Shown piece after piece: positions 44,003 through 56,289 of a stretch of DNA of 64,000 nucleotides. The stretch lies in assembly GCF_009914755.1 (NCBI RefSeq), contig NC_060932.1. The stretch is one strand, 5' to 3'. The position numbers and the translations under genes are program-made. Each line of letters starts with the position of its first letter. Within the stretch, counting starts at the first letter, position 1. This stretch comes from the human T2T-CHM13v2.0 reference genome, Homo sapiens. The notes beneath the pieces are model-generated. The model saw only the letters and a list, made by a program, of their open reading frames with translations. It ran no database searches and was not told where the DNA came from.

Positions 44003-44579
44003 TCATTTCTGATGTTTGGTGAATTCATGCAAAAATGAATGATTCGACACTGAACATATACCCATAGATATTTGTAAGTGATTGCGACCTACTTTCAGGC
44101 TTCTGATTCACAGTTGTATGTGTGTGCATATGCTAATCTTAAAATGATGACTGAGACAGATAAAATTGGATAATTCTTGTTATAGGAAAATAAAGTTTAA
44201 GAAAGCTCACTCAGATATAATATCTAATCATCCTAAGGCATTGATTTACTGTTAATGGATATGTTTTGAAAAGCAACATGGCCTGATTTTAATTTTTATA
44301 CATAGTCATGAGAAATAACCAAAGTAAAAGGGCATAAAAGGAAAAATATGAGCTGAAATGTGAGCTCTAGAAGCAAAAGTCATGTTTAAATTCTTCTCTT
44401 CTCATGGTAAAAGTAGAGTTTTCTCAACAGTTAGAGGTGATATATGGTCATCTTGTATCCTTACACTAATGTCGTTATTTGTCAAGTGAATTTATTTCTA
44501 TAGAATAATGATCTCTCTAGGTTCTAACACATTTGTTAAATAGCATTGGCCACACATCTCTAAAAAATTGGAGGAATGT

Positions 44580-44639
44580 TTCTAGCTTTTTGGTTAAATC
44601 TTCAAAATGGTTCTAGCTTTTTGGTTAAATCTTCAAAAT
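44580..44639. repeat. Tandem duplication, period 31
   Basis: ttctagctttttggttaaatcttcaaaat occurs twice, separated by gg. Confidence 0.97.
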
Positions 44640-45776
44640 TGATTTTCACCAGAAAATATACCCTGTTAAACAGCATCCTGCATTGTCCATCTGGAGAGCA
44701 CAACTCCCCAGTCATCAAGGTGTCTTGTATATGAAAGCTGGAAATTAAAAAATTGGTATCGTTAAGATACAATTTAAACATATAAGATCTTTGATTAAAC
44801 TGGCAATGTAATTTTAAAAAATTCTATCCTTAAAGGCATTTAAATTCAGAAAAGAGGAATATTTTTAAAGGAAGATTTGAATTTGATTGAATTTCCCTGC
44901 TGGTCTAAAGAGGTCATCAAAGAGAATATTATTACTACTAAAAGTACATTACAAATTACTGCTAAATCAATGCTGCTAAAAGTTAATAAACAAAATTCAG
45001 GGATTTAAGAAACAGGACAATATTTAAAACAAATGTGCACTTCTGTTTCTTAAATTTTTTAAGTAAATTAATTCCAAGCAGATCTTTATTAAAATCAGTT
45101 GTAAAACTGGCTCTATTTAATGGATCTATAATAATTGAACTTACTTTAACCACTTTAAGAGGTTACCATTATTAACATTCAGTGGAATGAGTTTCTAAGA
45201 AAAAAATGTGCATATATTTGTCATTTTCCCAAGGATTTCCTGAAAGTGAATATTATTCCTTTGAATGTTGTCCGTAATATCTAAGCAGATATTTAATTTT
45301 GACAACAATATAGTTTATAAATTTTAGTAATTTGATAAACAGGATAATTCTCATTATCATTTCAGTTCTTGAGTATGAAGCATATTGTTTGATTTGTAAT
45401 ATATGCATTCCATAACTTTATATTTGTCCCCATGTTTTAGAAACAGAATACTCAAATTTTAAAATCATAGTTCCAGTAAAAAATGTCTAATGAAAAAGTT
45501 TCTATTTAATTTAACTGAAAATTTAATAACTTATAAGTATACTTCTTATATATAATAGTCTTATTTCTTTAATAACTGTTTTTAAATGTAAGGTTTCATT
45601 AATGCTAGTGATTCCTGTAGGAAAAAAAATAACGTGATAGAATCAAATAACAAGAATAACTGGTGAAAGTTCTTAATAAAATAGGATGATCTTAATTCTA
45701 ACATTTTTTAATGTCTGGAAAAATATATATGATATTCAGCAAATACTATTTTCAGTAATTACCTGTAACATCTCAA

Positions 45777-45907
45777 CCCATTTATGCCTAGGGTTCCATT
45801 ATTGGAACGCTAAGCATGTGGGAGTTATTTATATTCTACTGCTCAAGGTCATTACCAAGGTCTGATTGCAAAAACTAAAAAAGACTGCAGCCTCAGGCAT
45901 AAATAGG
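45777..45907 (+). mobile_element. MER85 (non-autonomous piggyBac, PGBD3-related)
   Basis: TIRs cccatttatgcct / aggcataaatagg, flanked by tcaa and ttaa (TTAA target). Internal gttccattattggaacgctaagcatgtgggagttatttata. Confidence 0.92.
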
Positions 45908-47529
45908 TTAAAATACTATTTTTTACCATTCCATTTCAAACAGAATATGAAGATTATTTTCATCTTGGGTATTTAGTATATTCTTTCACTTAAAAATACT
46001 ATTCAAACTCCAGTTTCTGAAAGAGTACATCTATATTTACCTGATATTTTTATCTTTTGGAAATAAAACATGGAATTCCGTTTGCTTATGGTTGGTAAAA
46101 GATATTTTTTAAACGTGTGCCTTAATTATATTTTTACTTTAGAAATACAGTAAAGTGCAGAAAAACATTAAAGTGAAACATGTAGCAACAATAATGGCTC
46201 ATGAGTGTAATATTAATGTTTTATGAGTATATATTACATATACTTGAAAATGTGTATTTTTCTTTACACATATAAAACAAAATTGCCAGCTTCCTATGTT
46301 TATGGTATTATCTTTTGTTCATATGTGATCATAAACACTTCCTCAGAACAGTAATCATATTCTGAGATTACCCACTTTTAATGGATTAATAGATGTTTGG
46401 TTTTTTTGTGTATATTATATAATAACTTACGAATGGTTTAATATTTGACATGTAAGTCATTTAAAATATTTTATTAATCCAATGAAAGCCTATGGATTTT
46501 TTTGGTGTACCAGTCAATGAAAACATTGCTGACTATTTATTTGCATAAGAACATGAATTTTTTTATTCTCATGAACCTAGCTTGACTTTATGTAATGTGA
46601 CAACAATGTGTGAAAGTATATTAACATGCTGTTCAATATTTGGCCCTTATTGGTTAAGATCACATTAATGGTTTTAATCTATTGATGTTTGATCATATGC
46701 AAAAGTGGCATTTCACATTTTCACATTTTTATGAATTTTCTCTTACATAGATGTCCTTTTCTGTTTGGTCATGTTTGTTTGGCACTCTGTGCACTAGGTA
46801 CTGAGTGTGGTGGTGCAATTATGTCAGACCTAGTCTGTTCAGTCCTACAGCTATGAAGGAGAGCATATGTATTTTTAAGAAGAGTTTATTATATAGTGGA
46901 GCTACTAATCATTTTGTAATGTTTTCTTGTTTTCAAGTTCGTTTATGGGGGCTTTATGAATAGCCCACTTTTTGAATATTTATTTTTATGTAGTGTTCAC
47001 ATTAACTTTTCTACTGAAATGACCTTCTTTGAATTTGATTAGTCCATTGCAAGGCCAAACACACCTACTTCTAAAATATGCCTCCTGATGAAGGTAATGA
47101 CAGTGTGAGAATAACAATTGACAGAGCTATCATTTTCCTCTACATTTGTGGGGTGGCATCTTGAGTGACTGCATAGCATGCCCAAACACACCTCAGCTCC
47201 TTTTCTGTTTTCCAGACTCCACCATACCAAAGTAGCAAGCCCAAGGCCCTTACTTCTCTGATCTGCATGTTGGGTGCCAAATTTCTTGCTGTTTGGGGTT
47301 TAAGGTTTGGATGACTCTCCGTGAGGGCACTGCTGCTACCTCTGTATCGTTGATTGCTTGTGTGTCCTCTGTAGGGCTAGTGTGCAGGGTCGGCAGTGGA
47401 ACAGTGTGAGCCACAAGGAGACAAACCAAATGTGAGTCTGTATTTCCTTTTCCATATTCTTCAAACATGTACTGGTCTTTCAAATGTGAATCTCATAGAC
47501 TATTTCTGGAAATTTCTAAAAAATATTTC

Positions 47530-49310
47530 TAAATGAAGAGATCACAGAAATGTTCATTCATATCTTCTTCCAGGAAACTTCTTTCAGCCTCATTTTGTTT
47601 CCTTGAAATAGTTCCTCTTTCCCTCTGTCTGTATTCAATTGTTTTTTCTTTCCTTATTTTTCAGCAGTTTTACTATGGTGGGCTCAAAATTAGTAGATTT
47701 TCTTAAATTTGTAGATTAATGGCTTTATCCATTTGGAAAATTTTCAGCTCTTCCACACTATTCCATTCTCTCTCTGCTTTTCTTCCAGGATGCCAATTGC
47801 ATGCATCCCAAAAATGTTTTACAGCTTTATGTCTTATGCTCAGGTCTTTGGGTTAATTTTTGAATATAATGTAATGGAAGGTCCAGCTTCATGATTTTGC
47901 ATATGAATTTCCAGTTTTCTTAGAATCATTAGTTAATACGACTGTCTTTTTTCCATTGAGTGGTTTTGGCATCTGTGTTAAAAATTATTTGAACATATAT
48001 GAGGGCTTATTTCTGGACTCTATTCTATTCTATGTATCTATGTGCCCGTTTTTAGACCTATAGCACATAGTTTACTGTAGTAGGAAGTTTTGAAATCAAG
48101 AAATACGTGTTCTCTGGTATTGTTCTTTGTTAAGATTGTTTTGGCAATTCGGGAGGGCCCTTGAGATTCCACGCAAATTTTTGGATAGATTTTTTATTTC
48201 TGTAAAACACCTCATTGAAATTTTGATAAGGTTTGAGGGAATCTGTGAGTTCCCTTGAGTAGTGTTGCTGTCTTAATAATATTAAATCTTCACATCTATG
48301 AAGATGGAATTTTTTCCATTTATTTGTCTTGTTTAATTTTTTAAGAAATGTTTTGTAGATTACATTTTATAAGCGTTTCACCTCTTACTTAATTCCTAAG
48401 TATTTTATTCTCTTTGATACTTTTGATACTATTATAAATAAAAATTTTAAGTTTTCTTTTCAGATTGTTCATTGTTATTACATAGAAATGCAATTTATTT
48501 TGCATGTTGAATCTGTAATCAGATAGTTTTCTAATTTATTAATTATAACAATTACTTTTGGATAAAGCTTTAGAATTTTCCACATATGAGATCATATCAT
48601 CTATGAACAATGATAACATTATTTTTTCCTTTTCAATTCTTTCTTATATTTCTTTTTTCTTGCTTAATTACAGCTGCTAGGACTTGAAGTACTGTGTCAA
48701 ATAATATGGTGAAAAGCAGGCATCTTTGTCTTGTTCCTGATCACATAGGAACATATTATCCTTTTCATAGGAAAAGGTTTCAGTCTTCTACCATTGAGTA
48801 TGATATTCCCTGGCGGTTTTTATGTATGGCTTATGTTCCGTTAAGGTAGTTTCCTTCTATTTCTAGTATGTGGAGTGTGTTTATCATAAAAGAGTGTAGA
48901 ATTTTGTCAATTGCTTTTTCTGCATCAGTTGAGATGATTATCTGCTTTTTGCTTTCATTTTGTTAATGTGGTGAACTACTTCGATTGATTTTCATGTGTT
49001 GAACCAATCTTCCATTCCAGGAATAAAACCCACTTGATAATTGTATATAATCTTTTTAATGTGCTGTTGCACTGTTGAATGTGCTGTTGAATTCACTTTC
49101 TTAGTATTTTGTTGAGGATATTTTCATTAGGTTCATAAATAATATTGGTCCATAGTTTTTTTTTTTTGTTTTTTTTTTTCTTCTGGTGTCTTTGTGTGGC
49201 TTTGGTATCAGAGTGATAATGGCCTCGTAAAATGAGTTAGGAAATGCTCCTTCTTTATTTTTTGGAAAAGTTGAAGAAGGATTGGTGTAGTACTTCTTTA
49301 AATGTTTATA
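47530..49310 (-). mobile_element. Old L1M ORF2 fragments, antisense
   Basis: ORF 49101-49313 ([19 protein letters not shown]) is the L1 ORF2 motif. Also ctttgtcttgttcctgatc and ttccattccaggaataaaacccact. Confidence 0.88.
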
Positions 49311-50222
49311 CATTGAGATTTGACATAAAATACATTTTTAGAAAACATAATAAATATGGAACACTGTGTTATATGTTGGCAAAGCAAGAATGTGTCAAAT
49401 CTTAGTGTTAACTTCCCTCATTAGTCAGGAAAATATACTAACTTGATGATTTCCATTATTGTTGCACTGCTGTTCTTTTACTTATGTTAAAATCATTGAC
49501 AAAGTAGAAAATGAGGTTTCTTTAACAAACTACAAGATGTTGAGATTATACAAAGAAAGAGGTTAAATCAGCTTCTAGTAAAAGAAGAATTAAGAAGCCT
49601 GACCAGTTATAGATTTTCAAAGTCCAGTCCTCAGTGATAAGATGCAAAGCACCAAGAGCACAGAAAGAGAAAATGGCATTATGTTTATTCAGAGCTAGAA
49701 TCCTCAAAGCATTTGAAAAGATAGAAGTGGCATACAGTTTACCTCAAAAGATAGCTAATTTTTTCTGATAACACTTGTTAGGGTCATATGGACATTCTGC
49801 TAGACTGAGGGAAGTTAAAATGAATAAGACACATGTCTCTTCTTAAGGATTACACTGCATTTAGTAAACACATGCAGCAAGAGGAATAGCAGATGGAAAT
49901 GTAGACCCAAAGAGAAAGTCACCAGACATTCTTTCTGAGTCCTCAGAAAAGCTTTCATGGCAGATATGGTTTTGATTATGTGGTACATGGGCATAGCCTT
50001 TGTGTCAGACTGAATTAGCTGGTGCCAATTTCAGGGTGAATTAAAGGATATTTAATCTCTGTGTACCTCAGCTAAACATGAAAATAAAATAGATTCTTGC
50101 TAGGTGAAAAAGTGAGAGGATGAGAGAGAAAGAGAGAGAGAGAGACAGCAAGAGCAAGGGAGGGTGGGAGGAACAAAAGAGGGAGAGAAAAATAAAACAG
50201 GGATGAACTGAGCTTTGGTGGG

Positions 50223-52544
50223 TGATATGATTTGGCCGTGTGCCCACCCATATCTCATCTTGAATTATAGTTCCTATAATGCCCACATGTTGTGGGAGGG
50301 ACCTGATTGTGGAGGTAATCGAATAATGGGGGTAGTTACCCTCATGCTGTTCTCATTATAGCGAGTGAGTTCTCACAAGATCTGATGACTTTATAAGGGG
50401 CTTTTCCCCATTTGCTTGGCATTTCTCCTTGCTGCCGCCACGTAAAGAAGGATGTGTTTGCTTCCCCTTTTGCCATAATTGTGTTTCCTGAGGGCCTCCC
50501 TAGCCGTGCTGAACTGTGAGTCAATTAAATCTGTCTTCTTTATAAATTACCCAGACTTGGGTATGTCTTAATTAGCAGTGTGAAGATGGACTAATATAGT
50601 AAATTGGTTCAGGAGTGGGGTGTGGCTATAAGGATACCTGAAAATGTGGAAGTGACTTGGGAGCTGGGTACCAGTTAGAGCTTGGAACAGTTTAAAGGAC
50701 TCAGAAGAAAACAGGAGAATGTAGGAAAGTTTGGAACTTCCTAGAGACTTAGAGGGCTCAGAAGACAGAAAGTTGTGGGGAAGTTAGGAACTTCCTTGAC
50801 ACTTGTTGAATGGCTTTGACCAAAATGCTGATAGTGATATGGACAATGAAGTCCAGGCTGAGATGGTCTCAGATGGAGATGAGGAACTTGTTGGGAACTG
50901 GAGTAAAGGTCACTCTTGCTATTCAATGAGACTGGTGGCATTTTGCCCCTCCCCAGAGATCTGTGGAACTTTGAACTTGAGAGAGATGATTTAGGGTATC
51001 TGATGGAAGAAATTTCTAGGCAGCAAAGAGGAATCAGAGCATAAATGTTTGGAAATTTTCCAGTCTGACAATGCAATGGAAAAGAGAACCCCGTTTTCTA
51101 GGGTGACATTCAAGTAGGCTGCAGACATCAGCATAAGTAGTGAAGAGCTGAAAGTTAATTACCAAGACAATGGGGAAAATGTCTTCAGGGCGTGTCAGAG
51201 ACCTTCATGGCAGCCCCTCCCATCACAGCCACAGAGGAAGGAAAAATGGTTTTCTGGGCCTGGTCCAGGCCCCCCTGCTATGTGCATCCCTGGGGCATGG
51301 TGCCCTGCATCGCAGCTGCTCTGGCTATGGCTAAAAAGGCCAATGCATAAAGTATAATAATAAAAAAAAGGGGGCCAATGCGCAGTTCAGGCCGTTGCTT
51401 CAGATGATGCAAGTCCCAAGCTTTGGCAGCTTCCATGTGGTGTTTGCCCTTTGAGTGCGCAGAAAACAAAAATTGAGGTTTGGGAACTTCTGCCTAGATT
51501 TCAGAAGATGTATGGACATGTCTGGGTGTCCAGGCAGAAGTTTGCTGCAGCAGTGGAGCCCTCATGGAGAATCTCTGCTAGGGCAGTGAAGAAGAGAAAT
51601 GTGGGGTAGGCACTGCCCAGTGGAGCTGTGAGAAGGCCACCATTCTCCACACCCCATAATGGTAGAACTACTGACGGCTTGCACCGTGTGCTGGGAAAAG
51701 GAACAGACACTCAATGTCAGCCTGTGATAGCAGCCAGGAGGGGAGCTATACCCTGCAAAGCCACAGGGGTGGACCTGCCCAAGGCCATGGGAGCCCACCT
51801 CTTGCATCAGCATGACTTGGATGTGAGACATTGAGTCAAAGGAGATCATTTTCGAACCTTAAAGTTTAACAACTGCCCTATTGGATTTTGGACTTGCATG
51901 GGGCCTTTAGCCCCTTTGTTTTGACAAATTTGTCCCATTTAGAACAGGTATATTTACTCAATTCCTGTACCCCTATTGTATCTAGGAAGTAACTGACTTG
52001 CTTTTGATTTCACAGGGTTATAGATGGAAGAGACTTGCCTTGTCTCAGATGAAGCTTTGGACTTGGACTTTTGAGTTAATGCTGGAATGAGTTAAGGCTT
52101 TGGGGGACTGTTGGAAGGGCATGATGGTGTTTTGAAATGGGAAGACATGATTTTGGGAGGGGCCAGGGGCAGAATGATATGGTTGGGTTGTGTCCCCACC
52201 CAAATCTCATCTTGAACTATAGTTCCCATTAGCCCAATGTGTCATGGGAGGAACCCAGTGGGAGGTAACTGAATCATGGGGATGGTTACCCTCATGCTGT
52301 TCTCATTATAGTGAGTTCTCAGGAGATCTGATGGTTTTATAAGGGGATTTTCCCTCTTTTGCTTGGCACTTCTCCTTGCTGCCACAATATGATGAAGGAC
52401 GTCTTTGCTTCCCCTTCCATCATGACTGTGTTTCTTGAGGCCTCCCCAGGCATGCTTAACTGTGAGTCAATGAAACCACTTTTCATTATAAATTACCCAG
52501 TCTTGGGTATGTCTTTATCAATAGAGTGAGAATGGACTAATAGA
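50223..52544 (+). mobile_element. Full THE1 MaLR element: LTR 50223-50598, internal 50599-52174, LTR 52175-52544
   Basis: Two similar LTRs (tgatatg ... ggactaata), THE1-int sequence, polypurine tract gggaggggccaggggcagaa, and 5-bp TSD gtggg at 50218-50222 and 52545-52549. Confidence 0.96.
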
Positions 52545-53969
52545 GTGGGCCTGGGGAGAGTGAACATGAGCAAAGACACTGTGCTGTGGCAGGACAGGGC
52601 CTACATCCTAGAGTTCATACATACAAGGACCTGATACAGAAGTGACTCCTGAGAGACACATGGGCCAGGATGTGGAAGGATTTGAATTATATGTGATTTT
52701 GTTCTTTTGTTTCTGAAGTAATGGACAGTGTGTAATTACTTAAGTAAAAAATGGCCATTTCAAATTTACATTTTTAAAATGCTCCTGTAGAAACAATAGG
52801 TGCATATATAATAGAAGGTCAAACCTAAAATATTATTCTTAATCATCCATCTTATCAAGAGCACATAAAATTATAAGAATGTGCACTTGCATTTATGATG
52901 TTCTTTTGTGTTAAATGATAAATGGGATGACTAAATTCCAAAATCTGCTCTGCAACAAAGGAGGTAGATCACTTGCAGAAGTCACCAGTGATAAGGAGTG
53001 ACAAGATGCTAGGAAATCCTACTGAGAAGGTTATATTTAAGAATCAATAAATTCTATGGTCATGTTTCATAAGACTACATCTCTCTTTTTTGAACAGAAA
53101 TCAATTTAAATTTCATCATATTTACTCTATATTTTCTACTGATACTTCAGATGCCTCTCTCTCTCCATGTTTCATTTCAGCCCAGAAACAATTATTATTG
53201 TAATATAAGAACTTCCTTTTAAATTATAAGTATTCCTTTCAAATCTTGTATGCATGGTATGAATTCTACATTTTGAAGCCATCAGAATTACTATTGTCAA
53301 TCTAAAAAAAATTAGAGATTAGTATCTCCAAATATGTTGCATTTACTCAGGAATGAAATATGAGGATTAATATTTGGGATGCCACAGTGTATCAAGTGAG
53401 GGAAGGGGAAATGGAAGCTTTTATTGGCACAATGGGAAGGGATTACATAAGTTGCTTAGAAACAAAGTTCTTTGGTTTCACAGACTCAAGCTCAGTTCGT
53501 TGTTGGAGATGTCCTTACTCGGCAAGTGTTCTTGGCAGAGCATCCTATTGAAAATATTGCAGTCCTAAAGAATGTCTAGTGATAGACCTTGTCATACAAA
53601 CATAAGTATATGTGCAAAATTTGCAAGCCATGCAAAGGATAAGATGCTTGAAGGAGGTTAAGAAATTTCTTGTGGAGTTTTAGAGAGTCCTTGGAAACAG
53701 TTCTTTTCTTAGACATGTAATCATGAGTTCCCTCTCCTTCATGTCTTCCCAGCCCTATTTTGTCTGGATCTGACAAAAACAATCATCCAGTATCTGCAGG
53801 TTTCACACTATAGACATTAAGACTCAAGAACTTAGAGGGTTTTTGGTTGTTTGATTTTGTTTGTTTGATTGCTTGTTTGTTTTGCTTTTTAAGTGATTAG
53901 CTTTCAAGGCAAAGTTAAACTTCAAATTCATGAGTTTAACTTTGTTGTAACTGAGCTATTCTCTGTCTT

Positions 53970-54215
53970 CATTCATTCAACAAATATTAATTGAGCACCT
54001 ACTAAGACCTAGGCCTTCTCTAGGTGCAAGTCGGTGCAGTATAGACTGAGACAGACAGAAGTCTGTGACCTAGAACTTACATTCTAGTGAGGGGAGCAAA
54101 TAAATTACAAAAGAAAAGTATTAAAATAAGCAGTTATTAGATACTGATAAGTATCTCTATACTGATAAGTATCCTCTATACTGATAGTATAGAGGAAATA
54201 AAGATATAATTAAGC
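53970..54215 (-). mobile_element. L2 3' end
   Basis: cattcattcaacaaatattaattgagcacctacta ... gaacttacattctagtgagggg. Confidence 0.8.
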
Positions 54216-54827
54216 ACAATGTCACATTTTTAGTGTGTATGGGTGTGTGGGTGTGTGTGTGTGTACATGTACTATGCATCTGAAAGTATCATCCTGTCTG
54301 ATTTATTTGAGGTACTGCAATTTTTCTTTTAGCAGAAAATATTCCAATACAATTCTAGAAAAAAACAGGAATTCAAGCATAACATATTTTTTTTATTGAA
54401 TAAGTCTGGAGGTTCCCATTTAAGCAAATACGATGACCTAGGCTTGGTTTTGAATAGCATATTTTAATGAATGTCCTTTTAAGAAAATACTACACAAAAG
54501 TGTCATTTTTAACTTTCTGTTCTATGTTTTGGGTCATTCATAGAACTAAAATCACATATTTTGGGAATTAAAAGATAGAAAAATACAGAATTCCCAAGCT
54601 CAAAGAGCCTATAGTTTTCTAGAAATCAAAGATAATTATAAGAATGACCCAATGAGTTTCCTTATCACAACTGCAGCATAAAATGAAATAAACTGATATT
54701 TAAAAAAATTGAATTTTATATTTTATGTTCTTAAAAAAATAAGAACTTAACACTACTTAGATTTTGTTTCCTTTGTGTAGGTCACACCATCCTGAATCTA
54801 GGTATGCTCTTTGAGAATACACATGAG

Positions 54828-55128
54828 AGCAGGCATGGTGGCTCATGCCTGTAATCTTAAGTACTTTGGGAAGCCGAGGCGAGTGGATCACCTGAGGCCA
54901 GGAGTTCGAGACCAACCTGGCCAACATGGTGAAACCCTGTCTCTACTAAGAATACAAAAATTATCAGGGCATGGTGGCGGCGCCTATAATCCTAGTGACT
55001 TGGGAGGCTGAGGTGGGAGAATTGCTTAAACCTGGGAGGCGGAGGCTGGAGTGAACTGAGATCACACTACTGCCTCCAGCCTGGGCGACAGAGTGAGACT
55101 CAAAAAAAAAAAAAAAAAAAAGAAAGAA
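54828..55128 (+). mobile_element. AluS
   Basis: gcaggcatggtggctcatgcctgtaatc ... gagtgagactc and A tail. Imperfect TSD ending acatgag on both sides. Confidence 0.97.
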
Positions 55129-55474
55129 AATACATGAGCCATTAAACCAATTTATATGATAGAAAATAACTAGCATCAAAAATTCTTGGAGCTGCAAAGC
55201 CCTCTGTCATAGACATATCACTCAGCCTCAGTTCCTTTTTGCGATAGTCATCCTGAGGAAGGATATTCACAATACATTTTACTACCCAATGGAAGGAAAT
55301 AGGTCAAATCAAATGTTTCTTATGCAGTAATACGAATTTTCTTTTTTGCTGGAAGTCTCTATAAAGTTTCAAAGTGTCTATAAATCCCCTGGAACTGTAA
55401 GTAAATAGCAAAATGCTGAGCTTTTTTTTTTTTTTCTGCTAGAGGTCAGGTAAGTTTCTTCAGATTTGTTTTTT

Positions 55475-56217
55475 CTTTTCTTTTTTTTTTTAATTATGCT
55501 TTAAGTTCTAGGGTACATGTGCACAACATGCAGGTCTGTTACATATGTATACATGGGCCATGTTGGTGTGCTGGACCCATTAATTCCTCATTTACATTAG
55601 GTATATCTCCTAATGCTATCCCTCCCCGCTCCCTCCACCCCACGACAGGCCCCAGAGTGTGATGTTCCCCTTCCTGCGTCCAGGTGTTCTCATTGTTCAA
55701 TTCCCACCTATGAGTGAGAACATGCGGTGTTTGGTTTTCTGTCCTTGCAATAGTTTGCTCAGAATGATGGTTTCCAGCTTCATCCATGTCCCTACAAAGG
55801 ACATGAACTCATCCTTCTTTATGGCTACATAGTATTCCATGGTGTATATATGCCATATTTTCTTAATCCAGTCTATCATTGATGGACATTAGGGTTGGTT
55901 CCAAGTCTTTGCTCTTGTAAATAGGGCCGCAATAAATGTATGTGTGCATGTGTCTTTATAGCAGCATGATCCTTTGGGTATATACCCAGTAATGGGATGG
56001 CTGGGTCAAATGGTATTTCTAGTTCTAGATCCTTGAGGAATCACCACACTGTCTTCCACAATGGTTGAACTAGTTTACCGTCCCACCAACAGCGTAAAAG
56101 TGTTCCTATGTCTCCACATCCTCTCCAGCACCTACTGTTTCCTGACTTTTTGATGATTGCCATTCTAACTGGTGTGAGATGGTATCTCATTGTGGTTTTG
56201 ATTTACATTTCTCTGAT
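55475..56217 (-). mobile_element. L1PA 3' end (about 740 bp), antisense
   Basis: ctttaagttctagggtacatgtgcacaac ... ; ORF MIDWIKKIWHIYTMEYY is the L1 ORF2 C-terminus. Confidence 0.96.
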
Positions 56218-56219
56218 TC

Positions 56220-56289
56220 TTTTTTTTTTTTTTTTTTGACACGGTGTTTCGCACTGTCTCCTGGGCTGGAGTGCAGTGGTGCGTTCTCG
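56220..56289 (-). mobile_element. Alu 3' fragment (about 50 bp plus tail)
   Basis: Poly-T then gacacggtgtttcgc ... gggctggagtgcagtggtgcgttctcg. Confidence 0.85.

Noticed and set aside
50695-50805. Internal near-tandem duplication in THE1-int (ctcagaaga ... ggaacttcct twice)
   Set aside because: I recall this as a feature of some THE1/MST internal consensus sequences, so it is probably inherited rather than locus-specific.
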